64,000 bases of DNA. Source: Blastocladiella emersonii ATCC 22665. Taxonomy: Eukaryota; Fungi; Blastocladiomycota. Location: positions 682,001-746,000 of the forward strand of contig JANHCV010000011.1 of NCBI GenBank assembly GCA_025594325.1, written 5' to 3'. A model generated the notes under the pieces. The model had not been told where the DNA came from. It searched no databases and saw only the letters and a list, made by a program, of their open reading frames with translations. Positions 1-10,965 of this stretch are shown piece after piece (position 1 is the first letter of the stretch; each line of letters begins with the position of its first letter). The position numbers and the translations under genes are program-made.

Positions 1-702
1 CTCAGTAATCATCGCTCACCTTCATACACTCGTTTTTCGTCACCATCAGTACTCGCATCAGCGAATGAAGCGAGGTACGCTCAGACACGGTCCCTGCGCT
101 GAGTCTCGCTTCTATTCTCCATCTCCTCACCAGGAAGAACTCGTGCGCTCCTATTTGGGCCTTTAAACTACGTCGAGTACTCGGCAGACAAGGTGTTGAT
201 GGTGTACGTGGTCGGTTCGTGGTCAGTGCTCACATGAACAACGCGGTCAGCAGTTTCACTCAACATCTCAGCACTTGCAACGTCGCGCGGGGAGCACAAG
301 GTCTTTCACTTGTGACGCGGAATCGTCAACTATATATGTCCTTTGCGCATGTGGAGCGCACTGTCATCGCCAGAGACGCTGACTCTCTTGAGCTTGGGAG
401 ACGCATCAGGTGTGCCATCAATCAGGTGATGGGGGCCATGGCGCACGCTCCGATTTGAGAGTAAACGTAGCGGACGCCGTGACAGCGGCATTGGACATAG
501 CTTTTGTGCGCGAATGGGTGGTGCGCGGCCTAAAAGACGTTGGGGGGGGGGGGCAAGCGAAGCGCATCAGAGTGCAAGCTTCTGCACGGCAGTCCTGACA
601 GGGACTGCTCTGAGACACAGTAAAAGTTGCGGAACCCGCTGGTGCGGCGAGTATATTTTTCCGGCGCGAGGGGAAGCAAGTATTGCGGGGAGAAGCGAGC
701 GA

Positions 703-902
703 CAGAACGGTTCTGAGCGTTGTTTGGGACCTCCAGAGGTCCCAAACCGTTCAGGAGAAAATGAGCATAACCGGTCAGCCACGCGAGAATTGACCAAACA
801 CTCACTCAGCCTCAGAACGAGTTCTGACGTCAGCCCCGTTCCGCCAGAATGAGAAAATGCGTGGCTGAATTGTCAGAACGCCGTGGACCAAACGGGCCCT
901 AA
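703..902. mobile_element. Orphan PIF/Harbinger-type element end with subterminal palindromes
   Basis: GGACCAAACGGGCCC (885-899) is followed by TAA (900-902) and resembles the right TIR of the MITE at 5369-5517 (GAACCAAACGGACCC). Upstream palindromes: CAGAAC-G-GTTCTG (703-715), GTTTGGGACCTC-CA-GAGGTCCCAAAC (722-747), TCAGAAC-GA-GTTCTGA (812-827). No matching left TIR was found. Confidence 0.45.
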
Positions 903-1899
903 TGACCGACCCAATCTTTCATGTTTCCTTTTGCACCACTCATAGCCGAACTTCAATAGGCAAAGTTTTAGGGAGTTTGAGTGCGCTGGCAATGAGAACG
1001 TCTCATGGAGGGTCTCACAGCTCAATGCGCCTCCCTTCTGCATGCGTGCGGGCCAATGTGCAGGCGCTGCAGCACGTTGGGCTATTTCGCGCGCTTCCTC
1101 CCTCAGGCAACCTCAACGACTTGAACCAAAACTTTGTAACTGCTGCAATAATTTCGAGATGTATACGTGAGGCCTGATCTTCATCTCAGCGCTGTGCCCT
1201 GGCCCAAAAGCTGGAATGAACTTGCAAGTACCCGTCTATCACGTTTGCATGCCTTCTGTTGCTTCAGCAAGCACATTATACATGAGCCAGAGAAATTTGA
1301 ATGAGGTTCCTTCGCTTAGAGAGCCGGTTTGCAAGACGTGCGTGGACTCATACACCAACTGGGATGAGGCGCCTGGTTCACCTTCTGCAGGGCCTTTGCC
1401 TGTGCGCCAACCACCAAGACGCAGGCCCTTTTCATGAACCTTAGCCCACACGCCAAGTACGTGATTGAAATGGCACCGCGTGTCTCGCACCACAACGCGT
1501 CTGCCTCGCCAACCCAGCGGCGACTCCTGGTCGCGAAAATTTAATCAAGGGTGAACAACGATGAGATCTATGAACTAACTGGTGCAAACATCTGAAGACG
1601 CGCGCCGCCGCAGCCACCGGTTGCGCTTGCCTCTAAGAGTAGTGCAAGCAGACACCTGTGTGAGCTGAGCTGCCCGCCAGCGAGCGTGCAAGCAGGGTCA
1701 GATCCATACAAGCGGGACAGTTACCGCAGACGGATTGCACCACGGCGCAGTCCTTGAGCGCCGGACGCGGCTTCAGGCGTGGGAGTTTTTGTGAGTGGGT
1801 CACCAGAACTCGCTGTTGCGTTCCTGGCGGAAACTCCTTGAGCTTCCGTTCCAAGCTGTGGGGAGCACTCGCTGCCGCTGCTTCCACTTGCCACAGTGC

Positions 1900-2800
1900 C
1901 AAGCTCACCTTCACATAACTAGCAACTCCGTGGCCGGCCAAAGGCAAGAGCGGGACATCTGCCTTGCACACATGGAGTGACCAACGCGCAGGCCCAAGAT
2001 GAGCCACGTGGCTTGAACGCACGGGCGGGGGAAAAGGCGGAGTTTTTTTCCTGGCTGGCCGCTCACCGCAATGCACTGCGATACTCGTTGTATGATCAAT
2101 TAATCAGGCCCGAGCTCCGTCAAGTAAGAGATGATACTCTTGCTTTATCCAAGGGTGCGGGTCTGGGCAACATACTTGCTCAAGTGGGCCATGCTCTGCT
2201 TTATCATTGCGGCCCGTAAGCTCTAGGACAACTTGGAGTGGGTTTGCAGCCACACTGAGAGCTTAGACAACAAGGAGGCCAACGCGCTTGCCAACAAGGG
2301 CGCCATTGCGCATGTACCGCTGGGAGTTGCAGCCGCTGTCTGTGTGGAGCTGGACACGCGCTTCAAGGTGCGCTGGCGCGGCTGCGATCTCGAATTGGAC
2401 CCGCAACGCGCTCTCCGCCGCCTACACGGTGCGCAACACAACTCGCTGCTCGCCCTGACTGCAACTGCTCGTATTGTGCCTGCACCTGGCAACATTTCAG
2501 CCCTCGCCACCGCACCTTGAGGCGGCCCACGCCGCACCCGCCAAGAAGACTTTCGCGCTGAAAACTCGCTTCTGGGCTTCCAGGGCTGGGGGATCCTCAA
2601 CCCAAACCACACCAAGTGCACGGCGGCCGCCATTGCGGACGCACCACTTGTCGCGTGGTTTAAGCATGAGTAAGGCCACCTGCGCGAGCTCATTGACCCA
2701 CGTCTCACGCTCCCCGCTGCCACAGCCATCGCCTTGAGCGCCGTTTGGGAGCACGTGTGGGCTTTTGCGCTGAACAGCGTCAAAGGCCTGCGCTGATCCA
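1900..2800 (+). mobile_element. Heavily mutated non-LTR (LINE) relic, RNase H / 3' region
   Basis: ORF 2233 encodes EWVCSHTESLDNKEANALANKG, a decayed RNase H C-terminal motif (consensus WVxGH...NExADxLA). The nucleotide sequence aligns with 60827-61740 from about position 2150 onward. It contains many stops and frameshifts. Boundaries are approximate. Confidence 0.7.
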
Positions 2801-3404
2801 AGATGCTACTCCGCTGCCACCAGGCGCAAGAGACAATCTGCCCCGCCCTCCCTTTCTGTAGACGCAACGCAGAGCATCAGGCTACGCGACGGACTACCTC
2901 GCGTCGACTTTTCAACCAGATGACAAGCACTGTTGCAGGAACGACGCGCAGACCCGCTCAACGTGAGCCTGGCCGCCGTTTGAACGTGAGTGCTCTTCCA
3001 CGGCGCGAGCGCCTTACGTTGCGCGGACTTAGGCCCTCAATTGGAAAACAGATGTGAAGCGTTTAGGTGCCTCAAGTACACTAACTTTTTTTTGCTCCAA
3101 TCCCACGCGGAACACGCGGTGCGAGACACGCGGTGAAAGACGCGTCAAGGTCAAGTGGCGGGCGCGGAGGGTTCGGCACTGGGTTCAGCCGCGATTTTCA
3201 GGGCCACGTTGGACTCATCGCCTCCCCCTAAGCTGATGGGAGTGCCAGGTCCGTGAGCCACGCGACGGAATGTCAATTTTCAGACTGTCAAGCCCGCTTG
3301 GCGACTCGAAACTTGCCTGAACTCACTGTAATTGAGGAGTGACGCGGAGTCATTCAACAATATATTAGCCCGCAGCGCAGTCGTAGCATGAAGTTCTTCA
3401 GGCT

Positions 3405-3476
3405 GGGGGTGTAGCTCAGTGGTAGAGCGCTCGCTTCGCATGCGAGAGGCCCCGAGTTCGATCCTCGGCTCCTCCA
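3405..3476 (+). tRNA. tRNA-Ala (anticodon CGC)
   Basis: GGGGGTGTAGCTCAGTGGTAGAGCGCTCGCTTCGCATGCGAGAGGCCCCGAGTTCGATCCTCGGCTCCTCCA folds as a cloverleaf with the G3:U70 Ala identity pair, A and B boxes, no intron, and a T5 terminator immediately downstream. Confidence 0.96.
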
Positions 3477-5368
3477 CTTTTTCCATTTCCTCGTTCTCTC
3501 CTCCTTTTCGTTCTCGCGCTCGCCACTCCCAAAACCAAGGACCACACAAGACTGAGCACAGCTAATAGTTATCAATAGAGGTGGTAGGGAAGTCACATGC
3601 TTGGTTTTGTATCACCTCTGTGTTTGCGCAATGGTTGGGTGGGGCAATAAAAACGTTTGGGGAAGCCGCGTCTCACAGGGCGCACACGAGATTTTTGGGT
3701 TGCAGCCCCAGGCCCACACGCGCTCCTGATGTGGCAGCTGATGAAGCGCTCGTGCTAGCTAGACCTTGCACTGCACACCTCCCACCTTACTCCACTGCGC
3801 CTGCATGACCCTCCTCCCTGCGCTTCCCCCTCTCTGACCACCAACCCTAACCTCACGGAAATAAATGAGGCTCTGGACAGAGCAGCCTCACTGGACCTGC
3901 GCCTGCTTCCTTGCCAGTACCTTCACCACTCACTCTGTTTGGGTGTTGTAAGGTGCCGAGGGGGAGGGTCTTGTGCCACGAGGAATGACTAGCCGGATAA
4001 TGAAGGATTGTATCACGAATGACAAGAGAGAGGGAGAGCGAGGGCAACGCTCGGCTTATGAGGGACTGCGCCACCAGCCCGCGCCACCAGCCCGAGCCGT
4101 CGGATCACTGAACCGTGACAGGTGTGAACTGTGCGGGGCTTTGCCCAAGTGCCCTTTTGCTGCAATCACCTGGCGCTACTGACGCGTTGTGGGCGCGCAA
4201 TGCAAAGAACTGCATGATTTTTGAAGTGAGAGGCACGGAACTCGCTTCAGGGCTAATGCTGAGTAAGATCGTGCTTCGGACTCGTTTTACGCAGAGGGAC
4301 TCAAGTGATCGAGTTGCAAAGCGTCAGTACCACGCGTTGGAGGCGTCACCTCGCGCCTATTTCTCGCTATTGCGCGTCTTTTCCTGCTCTTGAGCTGGAT
4401 CAAGTCAACTATGGACGTGGCGGCGCAAACTGAAGGTTGCCAAACGGATCGCGATTCCATCTTCTTTAGTAACTCTTTGTGCAACAAGGTGCGCTCACGC
4501 ACGCACAAACGCGGCCAGCCACGCTTCAGCGGTGGTGCCGTTGATGGAGCGCTAGCGCGCCTTGATTGTGCGCGCCAAGTACCCTTGCACCACACAATCA
4601 ACTAAGAGCAACTGAGCAGGATCGCTGCCACGCTAGTTGTGGCTGAACAGCTTCATGAGAGCATCACGCTTGCCAACTGAGACGGCGCAAGATCTGGGCG
4701 CAACATACAGTACACAGCCATTGCCATGATTGCGTACAGACGTCAAACTTCGCCCTTGAGCGCTTCGCAGGCCAACGCGCGGGCCTTGCCAACCACGCTG
4801 TACAAGCAGCAGCCATGTAGCTGGCTAGAGACCACACGCTGAGACAATGGGGGACCCGCTATTGTGGGTACTGTACAGCAACCAGAGAAACAGGGAAGTG
4901 GAGGCAACTGACTGTGACCAAGCCGAGTGTTGTTATGCCTAACACAGCTTGTCAAACTCTCCTCTGGAAGGTGATCCAAAGCTGGCGCATAGCCAAAGTG
5001 ACGCACCATACTGGTGTTTGCAGCCAAACTACAACCCCAGCAGAAGCCTTACACTGTGCTGTGCAACCTTTCTACTCACCAGAAACCAGGTGAGAGGGAA
5101 CAATCTTCTTGTGCAACGTAGGCATGCTAGCCGTCAGAAAATGCTGCAACACAAGCTGCTCCCAAGCGATTAGATCACAAGGCGCAACAGATGGTTCTTA
5201 GCCACTGACGCAGCTATTTGTCCCAAACTGATTAAGTTCCAGCTGAGCCTTGCTGCTGAGGTTTGAAGCTACATTCCATAAACAAACAACAGTTACATGC
5301 CAGACGCATGACTGGTCCAAGACGCGTCTTGCACTCAGACCTGCCAGCGGACTGCTCTCTTAAACCAA

Positions 5369-5517
5369 GGGTCCGTTTGGTTCGCGGCTGGATCAGCTGG
5401 ATCAACCAATTTTACACTGTCTGGTGTTCAGCCAGCTGAAACGTGGCACCTTCATCCCGTGTATTTTACTGAGGAGTGATCCAGCTGATCCAGCTAACCC
5501 CGGAACCAAACGGACCC
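5369..5517. mobile_element. Tourist-like (PIF/Harbinger) MITE, 149 bp
   Basis: Perfect 15-bp TIRs GGGTCCGTTTGGTTC / GAACCAAACGGACCC, plus subterminal inverted CTGGATCAGCTGGATCA / TGATCCAGCTGATCCAG. The flanks are CAA and TTA, an imperfect TWA-type target site. Confidence 0.75.
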
Positions 5518-5612
5518 TTATAGGCGCAGGGCACCCTCGCTCAGGAACATGAGCTTTTATCAAATAATTATATTGGTCTGCGGCGCCCGATGAGCATGAA
5601 GTTCTTCAGGTT

Positions 5613-5684
5613 GGGGGTGTAGCTCAGTGGTAGAGCGCTCGCTTCGCATGCGAGAGGCCCCGAGTTCGATCCTCGGCTCCTCCA
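5613..5684 (+). tRNA. tRNA-Ala (anticodon CGC), second identical copy
   Basis: 72/72 identical to 3405-3476 and followed by CTTTTT. Confidence 0.96.
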
Positions 5685-8079
5685 CTTTTTCTCGCCCTTG
5701 ATGTAGGTTTCCAGGAAGCAGCAACTCGTTTTTTATACCAAGGTCTCATTGAATTGGTTCAATACAATCCCCCCTGTCTATTCCAGACGGGTTATTATCG
5801 CTTGCAAGCAAAGTGCAACGCTGCTTGCTTGCGCGTGGCAAATCTTGCATTGTAGTCAATCTCTTGTGCCATTGCGGCATACTCGTATAGCTCAAGTCCT
5901 ACTGCCAGAATCAGTCTGCATGGATCGTTGACGAGCAGGTCAAAGTGCAACGCGACGGCGACATGATCCTTGGTGGCAAAGACGTGGCAGTATTGTTTTG
6001 TTCAAAAGAAACCGTGAATGCTGGTAATTTTTTCAATAGCGAGATCCGACATGAGCGCGATAGTAGGCTATTCGATGTCGTACGAGCTCAGCGTGACAGA
6101 AAAAAAAAAAAAACTAGGGACCCTTGGTTGATGGAGGCAGCGAGATTATCCTGTCACCTTGACTGGGGCCAGTTTGAAGATCCAGGGACGTTTGCCGAAG
6201 CAATTTCGATGAGTTTGAGCAGCGACCAATCGTTATCCAATATATATACCGCGTTATCGTTTGTTTTTTATTCGCAAGTTGCTTCACACGCTCAAGCAGG
6301 CCAATTGCGTCATACAGTTAGCCGTTCTTGGACTTCAATGCTCCTTTGAAATCAAGTCATGGTGTTTAATTTGCGCTTCAAGGTTACTTACTATGTGCAC
6401 GCTGGAAACGTAAGCACCGAGCTTTTGGCGAAACCCTGATCGTTCTTGAGAGCAAGAGCATAGGAATGTGCCCGTGCCATGATCACAGCTTGGGCATGAG
6501 GTTGCTGAAACCGTAGAACGACAGCATTGGGGGGCATATGCGGCGGTTAAACCTGAACTTGCTGGGTTACGAATACGACGTTGACACCTGTGTAATTTGG
6601 GCCTCGCCAGCGAGTGGGACTTCGCCCTTCTTGATAAATGCAATTATCTTTCCACGGATGAATATCATAAACAACCATGCCCATTGGCTTTCGGCACATG
6701 CCGGCAGACTTGCCAAGAGCGAGTGATGCCCAACCAGTGATCAAATCAGTGATCTGTTTCAAGACGCGCCACAGTGGCTGAGTGGCCCAACGCGATCAAA
6801 TACATTCGTTAACCAGTGCCGGTGCGGTCAAGTGGATCCCAGGGCGCGTTGTTGGGCCGCAGCTGGTCGTCCTGGAACCCAATGAGCTCATTTTTATCTG
6901 GAATCTGTGTTTGCAGCCTGCATCGCACGCTTGACCGTAAGTGAGATCCTGCCGTCCTTGAGCAGCGAGTTGAGCTGCGTTGTAGGCATTGAGCCACCCA
7001 AGCGCCGCAATGATCTTGTGACGCCGGGATGTGAGCAACGTTTAAAACTCTCAGTCTTGGCCACATGAGTGCCGGCGAGCTGTGCGTCAATAAGCTTGGA
7101 TAACACGGTTGGATTGACACGATCGCATCGCGCTAGCGGCCATGCTCTCTTGCTGTAAGATTGTGTATCGGCCTCAAATAGTGGGCGCTTGGGTTTTCAA
7201 AATTTACAAGCGTGCCTCAAGTCCCTTTAAGGCTGATGTAACACAATTGACCGTGCCCACTTTCACAACTCGTTTCCTGCACCCCACCTCTTCTTCGTGA
7301 TGCTGAAGAAGCGACGCACTTAAGATCGTTGATTATGTCCAGCGTCAAGTCAGTACTTTGGGAGGAACATGGCGCTGGCGGTTTCGAACCCACAGGATTC
7401 CCAAGATAGCTGTATGATACGGAAAAGTGAGTTTTATTCAGGAGAATGATGGAGGCCAAGATGAGGATGAAACGAGGGGGAGAGGCAGAGCAAGGAGGCC
7501 GCACACCCCTGTATGGTCCGGAAACGTGAGCTAATGGGAAGCCCACGTCCGTGGCGGAGGTGCGACCATGTTTTGAGGGCAACGGGGAACGGGCTGCGAG
7601 ACACCGGCTGCTGTTAGGCGCAAACAGCCGTGTTCGTGGTGGTGGGAAATATGGCGCAATTGGTGCTACGCGCGCGCGCGTGACCTGAGCATCACATGCG
7701 TCGCGTGAAATTGCTCAAAAACCTCACCTGCATGAACATCCCCCCCCCGGGCGGTTTCTAGCCATATTCACCTCAGCCCATGTACGCGTTGGTCATATCA
7801 CGTGCCCACTTGCCCCAAACTCCTCAGCAATAGGCTGCTGAGTTTCTCCCACCCGGTATTTGGCCTAAAGCTGGGGAGTTTGGGCATCAGTAACGTGCTG
7901 CTTTTCACGTGATGCTTCATTTCTAGCTCTGTCCTCTGTTACCAACGTCCCACTTTCCAGCTCCGACCCTCCAACTCTCTAGCTCCGGCCACTCCCCGCG
8001 TCATCATTTCCAGTATCTAATAAAAATCTCTCATCAAAAACACTTGTGTTTTATTTGTGCTCGTCTTCCGTGTGTGTGA

Positions 8080-8287
8080 TGTTAGTCTGCGCGTGCCAAC
8101 TCGAGGAGGCCAGGAGACAGCTAGTCAGGGATGTGTATTCCCTGCCTTCGGGCCCGAACCCAAGACGGGGCGGGGGGAGAATGGATAACGAAAGCGGAAG
8201 CGCCGCCGCGGGATGCAGTTGCGGGCGAATCACGCGAGATCAGGTGGGTGATCACCCCGATCACCACCGCATGAGCGACGCGTAACA
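8080..8287 (-). mobile_element. Solo LTR (208 bp) related to the chromovirus LTRs
   Basis: TG...CA termini; exact 5-bp TSD TGTGA at 8075-8079 and 8288-8292; clear similarity to LTRs 33413-33628 and 38775-38990 (e.g. TAGTCAGGGATGT, CCCAAGACGGGG, GGAGAATGGATAAC, TCACGCGAGATCAG). Confidence 0.92.
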
Positions 8288-10965
8288 TGTGATGCGAGCT
8301 GTCGCGCAAGTCGTCTCCCACACTGAGTGAGTGCGCCACCTGCTGCGCCGCAACTGTGCCACCACGAACCGACTTGGACTTAAACTCTCTGGCTACGGCA
8401 CTATGGCTTCTACGTCGACTCTGATATTTGCCTTTCAACCCCCCCCCTTTCCCAGCTTGAGCTCTGGCTTGAGCTACCCCTTAAATTTCCACACGACACG
8501 TTTGTTTCGTCAGACCGCCTGTCCAGCGCTCACGCTAAACCGCATTGAGTAGCTAGCTGTACATTGCCTGGATCCGTCCCGTCATCGGTACGCGGCGCTT
8601 CGCCGACCGCGTACAAATGGTTTCAGTCGCGTGATCAGTATCAGCTCTGCTTCTGACCCAGGCGGTCCGGCCCGCTTCAACTGACGATCCCGCTTCCATG
8701 GCTGGTCGCTGGCCAATCAGCTCTTGCTCCCACACCAGGAGATATACCTTACTCTTTCTTACCAGGATATCTAAAGTGTGCGGATCATCTCCGCTTCTTC
8801 CGGCCCTGTTCTGTTGCCATTCCTCTCCATCCTCAGTTATCGTTATAAACTCTCGCTTACTAGGGCATTCAGTGTAATTTTCCAGTCAGTGAGCGGTCCG
8901 CCAACCTTTGCGGTCCCCCACGTCTAGCCCGACATCATTCACGTCCCCAACTTCGGCTACAACCGTTACAAGCGCATGAATTAGCCGTTCCTCGAATGCA
9001 ACTGCATCGCGTTCTCGCAAGACGCCAATGCATCGCCGCTAGCGCTACCTTGACCGTCAATGTGAACGACGGTTGCAGTATGACCTTGACCGCCGATATG
9101 AATTAGAAACTCACATTTTGGCGATGCAAAATCATCGCGGCGATCGAATAGCTCAAGACTGGCAACTCCTATCTACGCCGGCCTCCTCATCAACTACAAA
9201 CGGCTCAACGCGCTGTCCAAGAACGGCATGAATCTGCTCATGGTCGTACGTCCAACGCAGGTTCCAAAGGCCGATGTCGTCGAGTTGAGTCGAGTTGAGT
9301 TGAGTGAGCGCTGTGACCTTCACGACACCAACGTGCGGACTGAGAACGCGCCTGGACAATCTGCCGACCGCACAGACGAACGCGTAGCGCCACTCAGCCA
9401 CTGTGGCGCACCATGAAACAGGGCGAGTTCCGATCAATGATTCGATCACTGGAGCTCTGTTTCTAGCTCTTGGCGAGTCGAACGGCGTGTTTCGCAAACT
9501 CAGTGACATGAGCAAGTTGATCGGTCGGTCGTCAGAGAAAATTGTGGCTATCCAGCGGGGCGAGGTCTCACTGGACAATGAGTCCAACATCCTCCACATT
9601 CCGACCTCGCCTTCGCCAGTCAGCGAGTAGTACATGGAGGGGTTCACCGCCATGTTCCTTCCCACGCTGTTCCCTCTTCCTCATACGCAGGCCGGGATTA
9701 TAGCGCAGGCACATATGCATGCTCCTGTTCAACTTGGATCGTCGCTTCGCCGAACACCCGATCCTTGTGTTTCTCATGCACAACATGTTGTCGGAGCATA
9801 AAATGGGGGGAGGGGGGAGGGGGGTGGGGAATCTAGACACGGTGCCAAGTGTTACAATCGCAGTAAGACCAACTGTTGGACAAGGTCAAAAGCCCGTTGA
9901 TTGACCAACTTCGATTTCAACCGCGTGAATCAACTCGCACAGAACAGTGACGCGCCACAACTACGAGTAATGATTTGGGCTCTTTTCAACCTTGCCAAGC
10001 GGTTCCTCGGCCACCATGCCCGGCTCACTGGGCTGTATCCTATCAAGACGTCAAACGACTACAATAGAGCAGCTGAACACTCGGGATTTGCTTTATCTTT
10101 GAGGTCCAAGGTGCTCGGTCAAGGGATTTATGCAAGCGTTGAAGGGGTGAGTGTCTCCTCATACCGAGATCAGGCTTGCATTGAGCACACCTTGCGTGTT
10201 GTCACATACCTGGTCGCCTTAAACAAAAGCGCACCGCGAAATGTTGTTCTTGGGAGCAGTTACTTGCGGCAGAGTTCCTGCCAAAAGATACTTCGCGTCG
10301 TCGCAGCAGTTTGCTGACTTTGCTCGAACTCTATACCAAGTCTCTGTTTGAGGCACAAACACATTGGCAGCATTCTCATCCTAGAACCCATATTCCTTTG
10401 CCATCCATGGTAAGATTCAATCAGTCTTAGTCGGCAGAATAGCACGGTTTCATGCCGTGAGGCTAGTCTACCTGTTTTGTCCTCTCTCCCGAGTTCCAAC
10501 TGTCCCATTGGCAACGCTTGCGCCGTGTTCCGATCTGTCAATGATTGTAGCATCCGCCCCGCCACTAGTTATGCGGACCAACGAGAGCTCGCTCACTTCA
10601 CGTCGCTCGCGAGTAACAGTCCCGGCGCTCAGTTGAGACCCAGCTGGATCGATCAGCAATAAGCACGGTGAGTTTCGCACCCGTCAAGGTTCCGTCTGAG
10701 CCCGCGTCACGTAATTTGTAGTCGCCGATTGTCGCAACATCACGCAGCAACGCGACCCGCTGTCTGCGTCGCAGTTCCTACTTGCTCACGGCGCCTCTTA
10801 CCCCATCGCGCGGTTCCCGCATTCAAGTGATCAGGCGCGACTCGGAACCCAGGATCCGACATCGACAGTTGGATCAACTCTGAGGAACTGAGAACGAGAC
10901 GAGGAGGAACCGTAAAACCAGTATTCATAGCTCAATCAAACCCGCAACCTTTCGCTCGCACAATC

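Noticed and set aside
2150-2230. Shared internal RNase H deletion between the two LINE relics
   Set aside because: Alignment to 60827 begins only at the junction. The upstream part of this copy (KAEF... region) appears to retain the middle segment, so the deletion looks specific to the 60.7-kb copy.
3843-3852. AACCCTAACC telomere-like motif
   Set aside because: Only about 1.5 units; chance occurrence.
7810-7890. Structured ncRNA (CCCAAACTCC...GGAGTTTGGG with inner CTCAGCA/TGCTGAG stem)
   Set aside because: The stems are short and match no known RNA family features; there is not enough evidence to call it.
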